Shown: in pieces, positions 1 through 9,593 of the stretch
Position numbering within the stretch: the stretch's first letter is position 1
Layout of the letters: each line of letters starts with the position of its first letter
From: Ignavibacteriaceae bacterium
GTDB lineage: Bacteria > Bacteroidota > Ignavibacteria > Ignavibacteriales > Ignavibacteriaceae
Reading direction: 5' to 3'
DNA length: 46,027 nt
Assembly (NCBI GenBank): GCA_014879635.1
Contig: JACSRR010000106.1
Location: forward strand, 1-46,027
Made by a program: the position numbers and the translations under genes
The notes under the pieces: model-generated
Seen by the model: the letters and a program-made list of their open reading frames with translations, nothing else
Told to the model about the DNA's origin: nothing
The model's database searches: none

Positions 1-10
1 AAAAATTGTT

Positions 11-128
11 CTTAGTGCTTAGTTCGTAGTTCTTGGTTTATTCCTGACCCTTTCGGGATTACCCTTTACCCTTTACTCTTTACTCCCGACCCCGTCGGGA
101 TTACCCTTCACTCTTTACCATTCAGCGT
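11..128. repeat. Composite short-repeat region: degenerate 7-bp tandem arrays punctuated by two related hairpin modules
   Basis: 7-bp periodicity read directly: cttagtg/cttagtt/cgtagtt/cttggtt (11-38); ttaccct/ttaccct/ttactct/ttactcc (59-86); ttaccct/tcactct/ttaccat (101-121). Hairpins tcctga-ccctt-tcggga (42-58, one G.U pair on plus strand) and tcccgac-ccc-gtcggga (84-100) lie 42 bp apart. Each is followed by ttaccct. Confidence 0.7.
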
Positions 129-200
129 AAGAAATTGATATTGGCATTTTATCCACAACTCACTAAATCTTTAACCGTAGAGGGCACTCAGTGCAAAAAA

Positions 201-221
201 GTTCGGGGTTCGGGGTTTAGG
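201..221. repeat. 7-bp tandem repeat gttcggg/gttcggg/gtttagg
   Basis: Read directly. It resembles the gttcgta/gttcttg/gtttatt stretch at 22-42. It is preceded by the 11-bp palindrome gcactcagtgc (184-194). Confidence 0.65.
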
Positions 222-347
222 ATTAAAAAAAAAGTTTTCTGTTGAAAAAACGCTTCCTATTTTGTGATCTGCGCTTAGAATTATTTTTGCATTCAATTTT
301 TAAGACATACCTGTATTAATACGAATAGCACACAATTAAAATCTAAT

Positions 348-378
348 TTGGATAAGAAATTAATATTCTTTATATTTG
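348..378 (+). promoter_or_regulatory. Candidate Bacteroidetes/FCB-type promoter (TTG-N20-TATATTTG) for the rimP operon
   Basis: TTG at 348-350 and TATATTTG (TAnnTTTG form) at 371-378, about 49 nt upstream of the rimP ATG at 427. This is a motif match only. Confidence 0.3.
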
Positions 379-426
379 TCATTCGATTTTTGCCCCACTT
401 TTGAGGGCATTTTTTATTTGGACAGT

Positions 427-888
427 ATGAGCAGTAAAGAAAATATATTTAAAGAGTTTTGTGAGCAAGTAATTGCCCGCAATAATTTATTACTTGTTGA
501 GATAGTTTTCAGAGGTAATAAAAACGAAAAAGTAATTGAAGTTTATATTGACTCAGGTGAAATACTCACAGTTGACGATATAGCAAATATCAGTCGCGAA
601 ATCAATGAATTTATTGAAACAGAGAACCTTTTCGAAGGTAGATACAGATTAGATGTTTCCTCCCCCGGTATTGAAAGACCACTTATTTTTCTTCAACAAT
701 TTCCGAAAAATACCGGTAGATCCTTCGAAATAGAATACAAACTTGAAGGTTCTGATGTGGTTGAAAAATTTAAAGGCAAGTTACTCAAAGTAGAAGGGAA
801 TAATTTGGTTTTCGAAGATAAAAAGTTCGAAAAAATAATTGATTTTCAAAATTTAATTAATGCAAAGGTAAAAGTAAGTTTTTCTTAA
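427..888 (+). CDS. rimP: Ribosome maturation factor RimP
   Basis: ORF 376..888. The first ATG is at 427 (MSSKENIF...). The TTG at 376 lies inside the promoter-like TATATTTG box, so 427 is preferred. RimP-like RLDVSSPGIERPL motif. It sits immediately 5' of nusA, as in the conserved rimP-nusA-infB operon. Confidence 0.85.
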   Translation: MSSKENIFKEFCEQVIARNNLLLVEIVFRGNKNEKVIEVYIDSGEILTVDDIANISREINEFIETENLFEGRYRLDVSSPGIERPLIFLQQFPKNTGRSFEIEYKLEGSDVVEKFKGKLLKVEGNNLVFEDKKFEKIIDFQNLINAKVKVSFS

Positions 889-900
889 AGAGGATATTTT

Positions 901-2145
901 ATGAACTCTGAGATTGTAGAAGCTTTTGCGCAAATGGCAAAAGAAAAAGGCGTTGACAAAGACGTTCTACAAGGAATAATTGAAGAAGTATTCGGTATAT
1001 TGGTAAAAAAACGATTTGGTGAAGAAGCGCGCCATTCTGTTATTGTGAATATGGATAGAGGCGATATTGAAATTTATTTAGAACGCGAAATTGTTGATTT
1101 TGTTGAAGACCCGCAAACCCAGATCAGTATTGATGATGTTAATGCAAAGGGTAATGAAGATGAGCTTGAAATAGGTGAAGAATATGTTGAAAAACTTGAG
1201 CTCGTTTCTTTTGGCAGAAGATTAATAAACCTTGCCAAGCAAAATTTGAATCAAAGAATCAGAGATATCGAGAAAGACTTAGTTTTTAATGATTATAAAG
1301 ATGTTGTAGGTGAAATTGTTGTAGGTGATATTTATCAAATTCGTAAATATGATATTTTAGTAAACCACAATAAGAACGAACTTGTAATGCCGCGTGAGGA
1401 GCAAATTCCTCATGAAAGATACAGAAAAGGGGACACCGTAAGAGCAATTGTAAAAGAAGTTAAAAGAGGTAAAACCGGTCCGGAAATAGTTATTTCAAGG
1501 GCTGACAATACTTTTCTTAGGAGGCTTTTTGAATTGGAAATACCCGAAATTTTTGACGGTATTATTCAGATTAAAGGTATTGCCCGTAAACCCGGCGAGA
1601 GGGCAAAAGTTGCCGTTGAATCTTTAGATAAAAGAATTGATGCCGTAGGTGCCTGCGTTGGTATGAAAGGGGTAAGAATTCACGCTATTGTACGCGAACT
1701 TAGCAATGAAAATATAGATGTTATAAACTATTCGAATGATATTAAAGTATTAATGATTAATGCGTTAGCTCCCGGAAAAGTAAAGGACATACATTTAGAC
1801 CCCGAAACTAAAAAGGCTACAATTTACTCTGATAATGACCAAATCTCTCTAATTTTAGGAAGAGGCGGAGTAAATATTAAATTGGCTTCTGATTTAACCG
1901 GTTATACAATTGATGTAATCAGGCAAGAGAAAGACCTTGATGAATATGATTTCGATTTTGATTTAATTGAATTTAGAGACGATTGGGGCAAGGAAGTTTA
2001 CGATATTTTAATCAACAATAAATATGATACGGCTTTGGAAATATTAAAAGCCGGAAAGCTTGAACTGTCAAAAATTGAAGAACTTGATGAAGCAACTATC
2101 GATAGAATTTTAGCAGATTGTAAAGCTGAATTAAACAACGAATAA
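901..2145 (+). CDS. nusA: Transcription termination/antitermination factor NusA
   Basis: NusA N-terminal region, an S1-like segment (GDIYQIRKYDILV) and two KH-like GxxG segments (GACVGMKGVRI, GRGGVNIKLA). SD-like agagga upstream. Conserved operon position. Confidence 0.95.
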   Translation: MNSEIVEAFAQMAKEKGVDKDVLQGIIEEVFGILVKKRFGEEARHSVIVNMDRGDIEIYLEREIVDFVEDPQTQISIDDVNAKGNEDELEIGEEYVEKLELVSFGRRLINLAKQNLNQRIRDIEKDLVFNDYKDVVGEIVVGDIYQIRKYDILVNHNKNELVMPREEQIPHERYRKGDTVRAIVKEVKRGKTGPEIVISRADNTFLRRLFELEIPEIFDGIIQIKGIARKPGERAKVAVESLDKRIDAVGACVGMKGVRIHAIVRELSNENIDVINYSNDIKVLMINALAPGKVKDIHLDPETKKATIYSDNDQISLILGRGGVNIKLASDLTGYTIDVIRQEKDLDEYDFDFDLIEFRDDWGKEVYDILINNKYDTALEILKAGKLELSKIEELDEATIDRILADCKAELNNE

Positions 2146-2161
2146 CCCCGGAAATCGTTTA

Positions 2162-5002
2162 ATGAGTGAAATTAAAGAAAAAAAGATACGAATAGTAAAA
2201 TTTGCAGCAGATTGTAATGTATCCGCAGATACAATCATAGATTTTTTGCGGAAAAAAGGCTTTGATGCTAAAACTCCTAATTCTCCACTTTCTGATGAAA
2301 TGCTTTCGGCTTTAGAATCACATTTTAAGAAGGATTTAGAGAAAGCTCACAAACAACATGTTAAGGTTTCTGAATTTCACAAAAAACTTAATGAAAAAAC
2401 AGGGCGTGAACAAAAGCCTGAGGTAGTTGAAGAAATTAAGCCCGAACCGGTTGAAGTTAAAGTTGAAACTCCCGTAGAAGTGCCCGTAATTGAACCTGTA
2501 ATTGAAGAAATTATAGTTGAACCCGAGCCCGAAAAAATACCCGAACCAATAATTCAGCAACAAATTGAAATCATTCCTGAGCCGGCTGAACCAGAGATAA
2601 TTGAATCAGTTCAACCCGAAGAAGAGATTGAAGAAGTTGTTGAGATTGTTGCCACTGTTGAAGAAATTAAAAACGAAGTTGTTGAAGTAGAACCTGAACC
2701 TGTTGAAGAGCAAGCGGAAGTTGTTGATGATTTAGAAGCTTCAGAAGATGAAGTTGAAGAAGAATCTGGAATAAAACAACCTGAGCAATTTAAAACCACC
2801 TATACTGACTCCCGCAAAAGAAAGGGGTTAAAAATTGTAGGTAGAATGGATTTAAGTGAGCGTAAAGTGGCTCCCCCAAAGCCTGCTGAACCGGTAAAAG
2901 AGCAAACTGAACAGAATCAACAGAAAACGCCTAATCAAACAAATGAATCGCCTCAAGTTGTTAAAGTTTCGATTAATCCTACCGATGCCGAAGGCAGAGC
3001 CAAGAAAAAGAAGAAAAAACCGAGAGGCGTAAAAGGGAAGGAACCAAAAGTTGAAGAAACAGAAGCACAAAAGAAGCGTGCTAAAGTTAAAAAAATTGAG
3101 ATTGACGAAAAAGAAGTAAGAGAATCAATCAGAAGAACTTTATCGGTTGATGATACAGGTGTCTCTTCAAGAGCTGCTTTAAGAAAGAAAAAGCGTGAAA
3201 GAATGGCTCTACAGGAAGAACGAATTCAAGAAATGAAGAGAGCCGAAAAGAATACTATAACAGTTACAGAATTTATGGCTGTAAATGAACTTGCTAATTT
3301 GATGGAAGTAGGCGTTGCAGAAGTAATTTCGAAATGTATCGGTTTAGGTTTAATGGTTTCTATAAATCAAAGACTTGAAATGGAAACTATTACTTTAGTA
3401 GCCGATGAATTTGGATTTGAAGTTCAAGTTGCAAACGAATATACAAGTGATAGTCTTGAAGATTATGATGATTTAGATGAAGAATTAGTTTACCGTTCAC
3501 CCGTTGTAACAATAATGGGGCATGTTGATCATGGTAAAACTTCATTATTGGATTATGTTAGAAGAGCAAATGTAGTTGCCGGTGAGTCGGGTGGTATAAC
3601 CCAGCACATCGGAGCGTACAAAGTTGAAGTAGAGCCGGGCAAATTTATAACATTCTTAGACACACCCGGTCACGAAGCATTTACGGCAATGAGAGCCCGT
3701 GGTGCACAAGTTACAGATATTGTAGTTTTGATAGTTGCTGCAGATGATGCGGTAATGCCGCAAACCGTTGAAGCAATATCGCATGCTTTAGCGGCTAATG
3801 TGCCAATTATTGTTGCTATTAATAAAATTGATAAACCCGGTTCTAACATCGATAAAATTAAACAGCAATTAGCAGATAGAAATGTACTTGTTGAAGATTG
3901 GGGCGGTAGATATCAATGTGTTGAAATTTCTGCTAAAACAGGGAAAAATGTCGATTTATTATTAGAAAAAATTCTGCTTGAAGCCGAACTTCTCGATTTA
4001 AAAGCTAACCCTGACAGAAATGCACGCGGCGTTGTAATTGAGTCGCAGCTTGATAAGGGAAGGGGCGTAGTTGCCACAATATTAGTGCAAAAAGGAACAC
4101 TTGAAACTGGTGATCCCTTTATATGCGGTGTTTTCCACGGTAGAGTTAGAGCAATGTTTGATGAAAGAAATAAAAGAGTTCAATCAGCCGAACCTGCTAC
4201 TCCCGTATTAGTACTCGGTTTAGAAAGTGCTCCACAAGCGGGCGATCTTTTTATTGTGGTTGAATCTGAAAGGGAAGCCAGAGAAATTGCAGTTAAAAGA
4301 CAGCAACTTAAAAGAGAACAAGATAATAAACAGGTTAGGCATATTACTCTTGATGAAATTTCAAGACAAATTAGCATTGGCGGTGTGAAAGAATTAGCAA
4401 TAATTGTAAAAGGTGATGTTGACGGTTCAGTTGAGGCTTTATCTGACTCATTGATGAAACTATCAACGGGCGAAGTTATTGTAAGGGTTATTCACAGAGG
4501 CGTAGGTGCAATTTCTGAAAGTGATGTGTTGTTAGCAAATGCTTCGCAAGCTATTATTATCGGTTTCCATGTCAGACCAAATTTAAACGCAAAAAGATTA
4601 TCAGAAACACTTAGCGTTGATATCAGACTTTATTCAATAATTTACGATGCTATTAATCAAGTAAAATCAGCTTTAGAAGGAATGCTTTCGCCAATTATTT
4701 CTGAAGAAACGAAGAGCTCGGTTGAAGTTAGGGAAATATTTAAAGTTCCGAAGGTTGGAACGGTTGCAGGATGTTATGTCCTTGACGGTAAAATTTCTCG
4801 AAATGAAAGGATAAGAGTAGTTCGTGACGGTATTGTTGTGTTTACGGGCGAAATATTAGCATTAAAGAGATTCAAAGACGATGTTAAAGATGTTGACCAA
4901 AACTATGAATGCGGTATCAGCGTAAATAACTTTAACGATATAAAAGTTGGCGATATAATAGAATCATTTAAAGTTGTAGAAACTAAAAAGAAACTTACAT
5001 AA
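2162..5002 (+). CDS. infB: Translation initiation factor IF-2
   Basis: GTPase motifs [12 protein letters not shown] (G1), DTPGHEAF (G3) and NKID (G4). Long acidic P/E/V-rich N-terminal linker typical of IF-2. Follows nusA. Confidence 0.97.
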   Translation: MSEIKEKKIRIVKFAADCNVSADTIIDFLRKKGFDAKTPNSPLSDEMLSALESHFKKDLEKAHKQHVKVSEFHKKLNEKTGREQKPEVVEEIKPEPVEVKVETPVEVPVIEPVIEEIIVEPEPEKIPEPIIQQQIEIIPEPAEPEIIESVQPEEEIEEVVEIVATVEEIKNEVVEVEPEPVEEQAEVVDDLEASEDEVEEESGIKQPEQFKTTYTDSRKRKGLKIVGRMDLSERKVAPPKPAEPVKEQTEQNQQKTPNQTNESPQVVKVSINPTDAEGRAKKKKKKPRGVKGKEPKVEETEAQKKRAKVKKIEIDEKEVRESIRRTLSVDDTGVSSRAALRKKKRERMALQEERIQEMKRAEKNTITVTEFMAVNELANLMEVGVAEVISKCIGLGLMVSINQRLEMETITLVADEFGFEVQVANEYTSDSLEDYDDLDEELVYRSPVVTIMGHVDHGKTSLLDYVRRANVVAGESGGITQHIGAYKVEVEPGKFITFLDTPGHEAFTAMRARGAQVTDIVVLIVAADDAVMPQTVEAISHALAANVPIIVAINKIDKPGSNIDKIKQQLADRNVLVEDWGGRYQCVEISAKTGKNVDLLLEKILLEAELLDLKANPDRNARGVVIESQLDKGRGVVATILVQKGTLETGDPFICGVFHGRVRAMFDERNKRVQSAEPATPVLVLGLESAPQAGDLFIVVESEREAREIAVKRQQLKREQDNKQVRHITLDEISRQISIGGVKELAIIVKGDVDGSVEALSDSLMKLSTGEVIVRVIHRGVGAISESDVLLANASQAIIIGFHVRPNLNAKRLSETLSVDIRLYSIIYDAINQVKSALEGMLSPIISEETKSSVEVREIFKVPKVGTVAGCYVLDGKISRNERIRVVRDGIVVFTGEILALKRFKDDVKDVDQNYECGISVNNFNDIKVGDIIESFKVVETKKKLT

Positions 5003-5367
5003 TGAGTTATCGCTTAGCAAGATTAGAAAATCAGATAAAAGACGAGTTAAGTTTGATACTTTTGTACAAACTTTCAGACCCGGCTTTAGGATTTATTACA
5101 ATTACGGGAGTAAAACTTTCACCTGATGCAAAGTTGGCAAAAGTTTATATCTCTGTTTACGAAAAAGGGTTGCGAGAAGAATCACTTGAAAGAATAGAAA
5201 AAGCTGCAGGTGTTATAAGGTCGCAATTAGCAGCAAAAATTAGAGTCCGTTATGTGCCGGAATTAAAATTTTACATTGACGATACATCCGATAATGTAGA
5301 AAGAATAGAGAATCTGTTAAAACAAATTCACAAAGATGATAAGCAAACAGACGATAACGGGCAGTGA
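5002..5367 (+). CDS. rbfA: Ribosome-binding factor A
   Basis: About 120 aa with RbfA-like ...VRYVPELKFYID... Its start overlaps the infB stop (TAATG). Canonical position after infB. Confidence 0.9.
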   Translation: MSYRLARLENQIKDELSLILLYKLSDPALGFITITGVKLSPDAKLAKVYISVYEKGLREESLERIEKAAGVIRSQLAAKIRVRYVPELKFYIDDTSDNVERIENLLKQIHKDDKQTDDNGQ

Positions 5368-6043
5368 AATAGATTTTGAAGGCGGTACTGCCGTTTTAAT
5401 AGATAAACCACTTGAGTGGACATCATTCAGAGTTGTTGCAGAGGTTAGAAAGTTAACCGGAGTTAAAAAAGTTGGTCATGCGGGTACTCTTGACCCAAAA
5501 GCAACCGGTTTACTAATAGTTTGTACCGGTAAGATGACTAAAAGGATCATTGAATTTCAAGATCTTGATAAAACTTATACCGGCACAATAAAACTGGGTG
5601 AATCAACGCCCTCTATGGATTCGGAAACCGAGGTTAATTCGGTAATGGATTATTCGGGTGTAACACTTAAAGATATTATAGAGGCATCAAAAGATTTTTC
5701 GGGAAACATTTTGCAGATACCTCCTATGTACTCCGCAGTTAGTTTTAAGGGGAAAAAATTGTATAAATTGGCAAGAAAGGGAAAAACCGTTGAACGGGAA
5801 CCGAGAGAGGTAACCGTGCACAAGTTCGAAATTCTCTCTTACAATCCGCCCTTTATAAATTTTGAACTTAAGTGTTCCAAAGGTACTTATGTGAGATCAA
5901 TTGCATCAGATCTTGGAACAAAATTAGGTTGCGGTGCATATTTGAGCAGTTTAAGAAGAACATATATTGGTGAATATTCATCCGAAGACGCGTTTGAACC
6001 TGCTGAATTTTCGAATTACATATCACAGTTGATAGAAATTTGA
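5336..6043 (+). CDS. truB: tRNA pseudouridine(55) synthase TruB
   Basis: LIDKPLEWTSF and the catalytic-Asp motif GHAGTLDPKATGLL. Overlaps the rbfA 3' end by 32 nt. Confidence 0.92.
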   Translation: MISKQTITGSEIDFEGGTAVLIDKPLEWTSFRVVAEVRKLTGVKKVGHAGTLDPKATGLLIVCTGKMTKRIIEFQDLDKTYTGTIKLGESTPSMDSETEVNSVMDYSGVTLKDIIEASKDFSGNILQIPPMYSAVSFKGKKLYKLARKGKTVEREPREVTVHKFEILSYNPPFINFELKCSKGTYVRSIASDLGTKLGCGAYLSSLRRTYIGEYSSEDAFEPAEFSNYISQLIEI

Positions 6044-6978
6044 GGGTTTACGATTCAATGTTGATTTACAACGGATTATCAGAATTCTCAAAAAATGAAA
6101 ACTCGATTGTTACTATCGGTACATTTGACGGTCTTCATTTAGGTCATCAAAAAATTGTAGATCAACTTGTAAATTCTGCAAAAAGTTTAAACGCAAAAAG
6201 TATTGTAATTTCGTTTGACCCTCACCCGAGGCAAATAATATCGGGGGATTATAATTTATCGATTTTAACAACTATTCCCGAGAAGTCTGAAATTCTAAAA
6301 AATTCGGGTGTTGACGGATTAGTGATTTTGGAGTTTAACAAGACACTTTCACAAATGAGTGCTGAAGACTTTATCACTGATCTAATATTAGATAAAATTG
6401 GATTGAGGGGTATTATAATCGGATATGACCACCGTTTTGGAAAGGGAAGAGACGGCGGCGAAGAGATGCTGAGCAAGTTATCAGAAAATCATGGCTTTTT
6501 TATCAAAAAAGTTGATGCTGTTTCTGTTAACGGAACCGAAGTTAGCAGCACAAAAATCAGGGATTTTCTGCTTAAAGGAAATGTTGTTGATGCAAGAAAA
6601 TTTCTCGGAAGGTATTATTCTTTTGAAGGAGTAGTAGTAAAAGGTGACCAAAGGGGAAGAAAGTTAGGTTTTCCTACCGCCAATTTAATGCTAACCGGAT
6701 ATAAAAAATTATTACCTGCTATCGGTTCTTACGCAGTTTATGTTGAACTTGAGGGGCAGAGATATAAAGCGATGATGAATATTGGCAGAAGACCTACTTT
6801 TAACAGATGGGACCTTGCCGTTGAAGTCAACATATTTGATTTTGATAGAATGATTTACGGAGATAAACTAACTGTTTTTGTTGTTGAAAGGCTCCGTGAA
6901 GAGATAAAATTTTTGAGTGTCTTAGATTTAGTTGAACAATTAAACAAAGACAGAGAAATAGCACTAAAATATTTATAA
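6040..6978 (+). CDS. ribF: Bifunctional riboflavin kinase / FMN adenylyltransferase
   Basis: N-terminal nucleotidyltransferase motif GTFDGLHLGHQ and C-terminal riboflavin kinase motifs GFPTANL and GRRPTF. The TTG start forms a TTGA overlap with the truB stop. An alternative ATG lies at 6058. Confidence 0.9.
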   Translation: MRVYDSMLIYNGLSEFSKNENSIVTIGTFDGLHLGHQKIVDQLVNSAKSLNAKSIVISFDPHPRQIISGDYNLSILTTIPEKSEILKNSGVDGLVILEFNKTLSQMSAEDFITDLILDKIGLRGIIIGYDHRFGKGRDGGEEMLSKLSENHGFFIKKVDAVSVNGTEVSSTKIRDFLLKGNVVDARKFLGRYYSFEGVVVKGDQRGRKLGFPTANLMLTGYKKLLPAIGSYAVYVELEGQRYKAMMNIGRRPTFNRWDLAVEVNIFDFDRMIYGDKLTVFVVERLREEIKFLSVLDLVEQLNKDREIALKYL

Positions 6979-7035
6979 ATAATCTTCTCCGGTTGTTACT
7001 GGAGTTGTATCGTAAAACCTAATTAAAGGAAAACC

Positions 7036-7299
7036 ATGAAAAAAGAGACAGTAGCAGAGATCACTGCTAAGTACGGTGCCAATCAGGCAGATACCGGTAA
7101 AAGTGAAGTTCAAATTGCTTTATTAACATACCGTATCAATGAATTAACTGATCACTTACGAGTACATTCAAAAGACCATCACTCAAGAAGAGGACTTATG
7201 ATGCTTGTAGGAAAAAGAAGAAGATTGCTTGATTATTTAATTAAGAAAGATATTCTGCGTTACAGAGCAATCATAAAAGAATTAAACATTAGAAAATAA
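7036..7299 (+). CDS. rpsO: 30S ribosomal protein S15
   Basis: 87 aa with [25 protein letters not shown], characteristic of S15. SD-like aaagga upstream. Confidence 0.96.
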   Translation: MKKETVAEITAKYGANQADTGKSEVQIALLTYRINELTDHLRVHSKDHHSRRGLMMLVGKRRRLLDYLIKKDILRYRAIIKELNIRK

Positions 7300-7308
7300 G
7301 GAATTACA

Positions 7309-9402
7309 ATGGTAGTTACTAAAGAATTGGAAATCGGCGGAAAATTATTATCAATTGAAACAGGAAGGTTTGCAAGACAAGCAGCCGGTTCTGTTATGGT
7401 TAAATATGGCGATACTCAAGTATTAGTTGTTGCAGTAAGCGGCAAAGAGATTGAGGGAGCTGATTTTCTTCCTTTACAAGTTGAATACCGTGAAAAATTA
7501 TCGGCGGCAGGGAAATTCCCGGGCGGCTTTATAAAAAGAGAAGGAAAACCGAGTGAAAAAGAGATTTTGACCGCAAGGTTGATTGACCGTCCTATTAGAC
7601 CTCTGTTTCCTGAAAACTTTCATACCGAAGTACAAGTAGTAGGAAGCGTTTATTCATTTGACGGTGAAAACGATCCTGATATATTAGCAATGGTAGCTGC
7701 TTCGGCGGCTTTATCAGTTTCAAACCTTCCGTTTTTAGGACCAATAGGTGCTGTAAGAATAGGAAGAGTGAACGGCGAATATGTTGTTAATCCTACATTT
7801 GAACAGGTAGCCGCAAGTGAATTGGAATTAATTGTTGCCGGAACCTCAGATTCTATTATGATGGTTGAGGGTGAAGCACACGAAGTTTCTGAGGAGTTAC
7901 TTCTCGGAGCTTTGAAATTTGCCCAACAACAAATTAGCACAATTGTTGAATTTATTTCTGAATTTGCTAAAGAAGTAAATATCGAAAAAATGAGTGTTCC
8001 TGAAAAAGAAGTTAATCAGGAGCTTTTAGATGCGGTTAGTGAATTATGCGATTCTAAAATTGAATCTTTAATAACTACGGTTATGGAAAAGCAAGAAAGA
8101 GCGGAAGCTCAAAAGGCTATTTATGAAGAAACTAAAGTTGCACTAGCAGAAAGATTCCCCGAACAAGAAGCGGCAATCAATAAAGCTATAGACGATTTAG
8201 TTTATTATCATATCCGTAAAAGCATACTTGATAAAGACTTAAGATTAGACGGCAGAAACACGAAACAAATCAGACCAATTACTGTTGATCTAGGTGTTTT
8301 AGCAAGAACACACGGTTCGGCTTTGTTCACAAGAGGTGAAACCCAGAGTTTAACAACCCTTACTTTGGGAACTTCAAATGACGAGCAAATAATTGACGGT
8401 TTGAGAGAAGAACACAGCAAAAGGTTTAATCTACAGTATAATTTCCCACCGTTCAGCGTTGGTGAAGTTGGTAGATATACCGGAGTTGGAAGGCGTGAAA
8501 TAGGTCATGGAAACTTGGCAGAGCGTTCTTTGAAAAATTTAGTACCATTAGACGAGAAATTCCCTTATTCAATCAGATTGATAAGTGATATTCTTGAATC
8601 TAACGGGTCATCCTCAATGGCTACAGTTTGCGCAGGTTCGCTTGCGTTAATGGATGGCGGAGTTCCCATTAAAAAGCCGGTTGCAGGTATTGCTATGGGG
8701 CTCATCAAAGAAGGCGAAAAGTTTGCGGTTCTTTCTGATATTTTAGGCAATGAAGATCATTACGGTGATATGGATTTCAAAGTTGCCGGTACATCCGAAG
8801 GTATTACAGGATTTCAGATGGACATCAAAATTCAGGGTGTTTCATTTGAAATAATGGAAATTGCACTTCATCAAGCTAAAGAAGGTAGAATGCACATTTT
8901 GAATGTGATGAATCAATCTATTAGCAGTGCAAGACCACAAATTTCTCAATTTGCCCCAAGTTTAGTTTCTATTAAAGTTCCTACAGATTTGATTGGAAAG
9001 ATAATAGGACCAGGCGGAAAACACATTCAAGGCTTACAGAAAGAGTATGGCGTTGAAATTGCTATTCAAGATGACGGCACCGTTAGTATTGCTTCACCAA
9101 ACAGAGATGCTGCCGTTAGATGCAAGGAATATATCAGAAGAATGACTTTGGTACCCGAAGTTAATGAATCTTATGAAGGCGTGGTTGTCAAATTACTTGA
9201 AATTGGCGCTATTGTTGAGATTCTACCCGGTACTACAGGATTAATGCATATCTCTGAAATAGACCATAAAAGGGTTAATAAAGTGACTGACTACTTCAAA
9301 GAGGGAGATAAAGTTACCGTAAAATTGTTAAGAATTGAAAACGGTAAATACTCTCTTAGTAGAAAAGCACTCATAGCTAAAGAAGAAGCTAAAACGGAAT
9401 AA
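7309..9402 (+). CDS. pnp: Polyribonucleotide nucleotidyltransferase (PNPase)
   Basis: Two RNase PH-like halves, GNEDHYGDMDFKVAGT, KH (GKIIGPGGKHIQ) and S1 (YEGVVVKLLEIGAIVEI) domains. Lies 9 nt after rpsO. Confidence 0.97.
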   Translation: MVVTKELEIGGKLLSIETGRFARQAAGSVMVKYGDTQVLVVAVSGKEIEGADFLPLQVEYREKLSAAGKFPGGFIKREGKPSEKEILTARLIDRPIRPLFPENFHTEVQVVGSVYSFDGENDPDILAMVAASAALSVSNLPFLGPIGAVRIGRVNGEYVVNPTFEQVAASELELIVAGTSDSIMMVEGEAHEVSEELLLGALKFAQQQISTIVEFISEFAKEVNIEKMSVPEKEVNQELLDAVSELCDSKIESLITTVMEKQERAEAQKAIYEETKVALAERFPEQEAAINKAIDDLVYYHIRKSILDKDLRLDGRNTKQIRPITVDLGVLARTHGSALFTRGETQSLTTLTLGTSNDEQIIDGLREEHSKRFNLQYNFPPFSVGEVGRYTGVGRREIGHGNLAERSLKNLVPLDEKFPYSIRLISDILESNGSSSMATVCAGSLALMDGGVPIKKPVAGIAMGLIKEGEKFAVLSDILGNEDHYGDMDFKVAGTSEGITGFQMDIKIQGVSFEIMEIALHQAKEGRMHILNVMNQSISSARPQISQFAPSLVSIKVPTDLIGKIIGPGGKHIQGLQKEYGVEIAIQDDGTVSIASPNRDAAVRCKEYIRRMTLVPEVNESYEGVVVKLLEIGAIVEILPGTTGLMHISEIDHKRVNKVTDYFKEGDKVTVKLLRIENGKYSLSRKALIAKEEAKTE

Positions 9403-9409
9403 TATTATT

Positions 9410-9440
9410 GCGGCTGTATCTAATAATACAGCCGCTCTTT
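9410..9440 (+). terminator. Rho-independent terminator after pnp
   Basis: gcggctgtat (9410-9419) pairs with atacagccgc (9426-9435), with a 6-nt loop, followed by tcttt. Confidence 0.75.
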
Positions 9441-9495
9441 AAAAAGTTTTTAAAATGTATTACAACGATATTAGCATAATATTGTTTATTCTGCC

Positions 9496-9527
9496 CGCAT
9501 TTACGGTCTTTTTGCCGTTTAAATGCG
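9496..9527 (+). promoter_or_regulatory. Bulged hairpin in the rng 5' leader
   Basis: cgcatttacgg (9496-9506) pairs with ccgtttaaatgcg (9515-9527): 8 bp plus 3 bp with a 2-nt bulge and an 8-nt loop. No U-tract follows. It lies 67 nt upstream of the rng ATG. Confidence 0.35.
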
Positions 9528-9593
9528 TCAATGAATCGTTCCGTTTTATTTTTTCATTTAATTATTTGGCAGAAATAGAGAGTTTTAAATGTT

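Noticed and set aside
59-121. ttaccct heptamer arrays (reverse complement agggtaa) look a little like 7-bp telomeric repeats, or like a minimal CRISPR-like array.
   Set aside because: The unit is not a permutation of TTTAGGG. There are only 3-4 degenerate copies, and the context is an internal bacterial intergenic region. There are no unique spacers between repeats and the unit length is far too short for CRISPR.
2336-3070. Three minus-strand ORFs (62-75 aa), plus quasi-repetitive E/P/V-rich coding sequence, inside infB.
   Set aside because: They lie antisense to the low-complexity acidic linker of IF-2, whose biased codons suppress antisense stops. Their products are low-complexity nonsense. 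IF-2 linkers are normally variable and repetitive.
7300-7308. Looked for a pnp autoregulatory leader (the RNase III-type long hairpin seen in E. coli) between rpsO and pnp.
   Set aside because: The gap is only 9 nt, so no such structure can exist here. This is simply a different operon organisation, not an anomaly.
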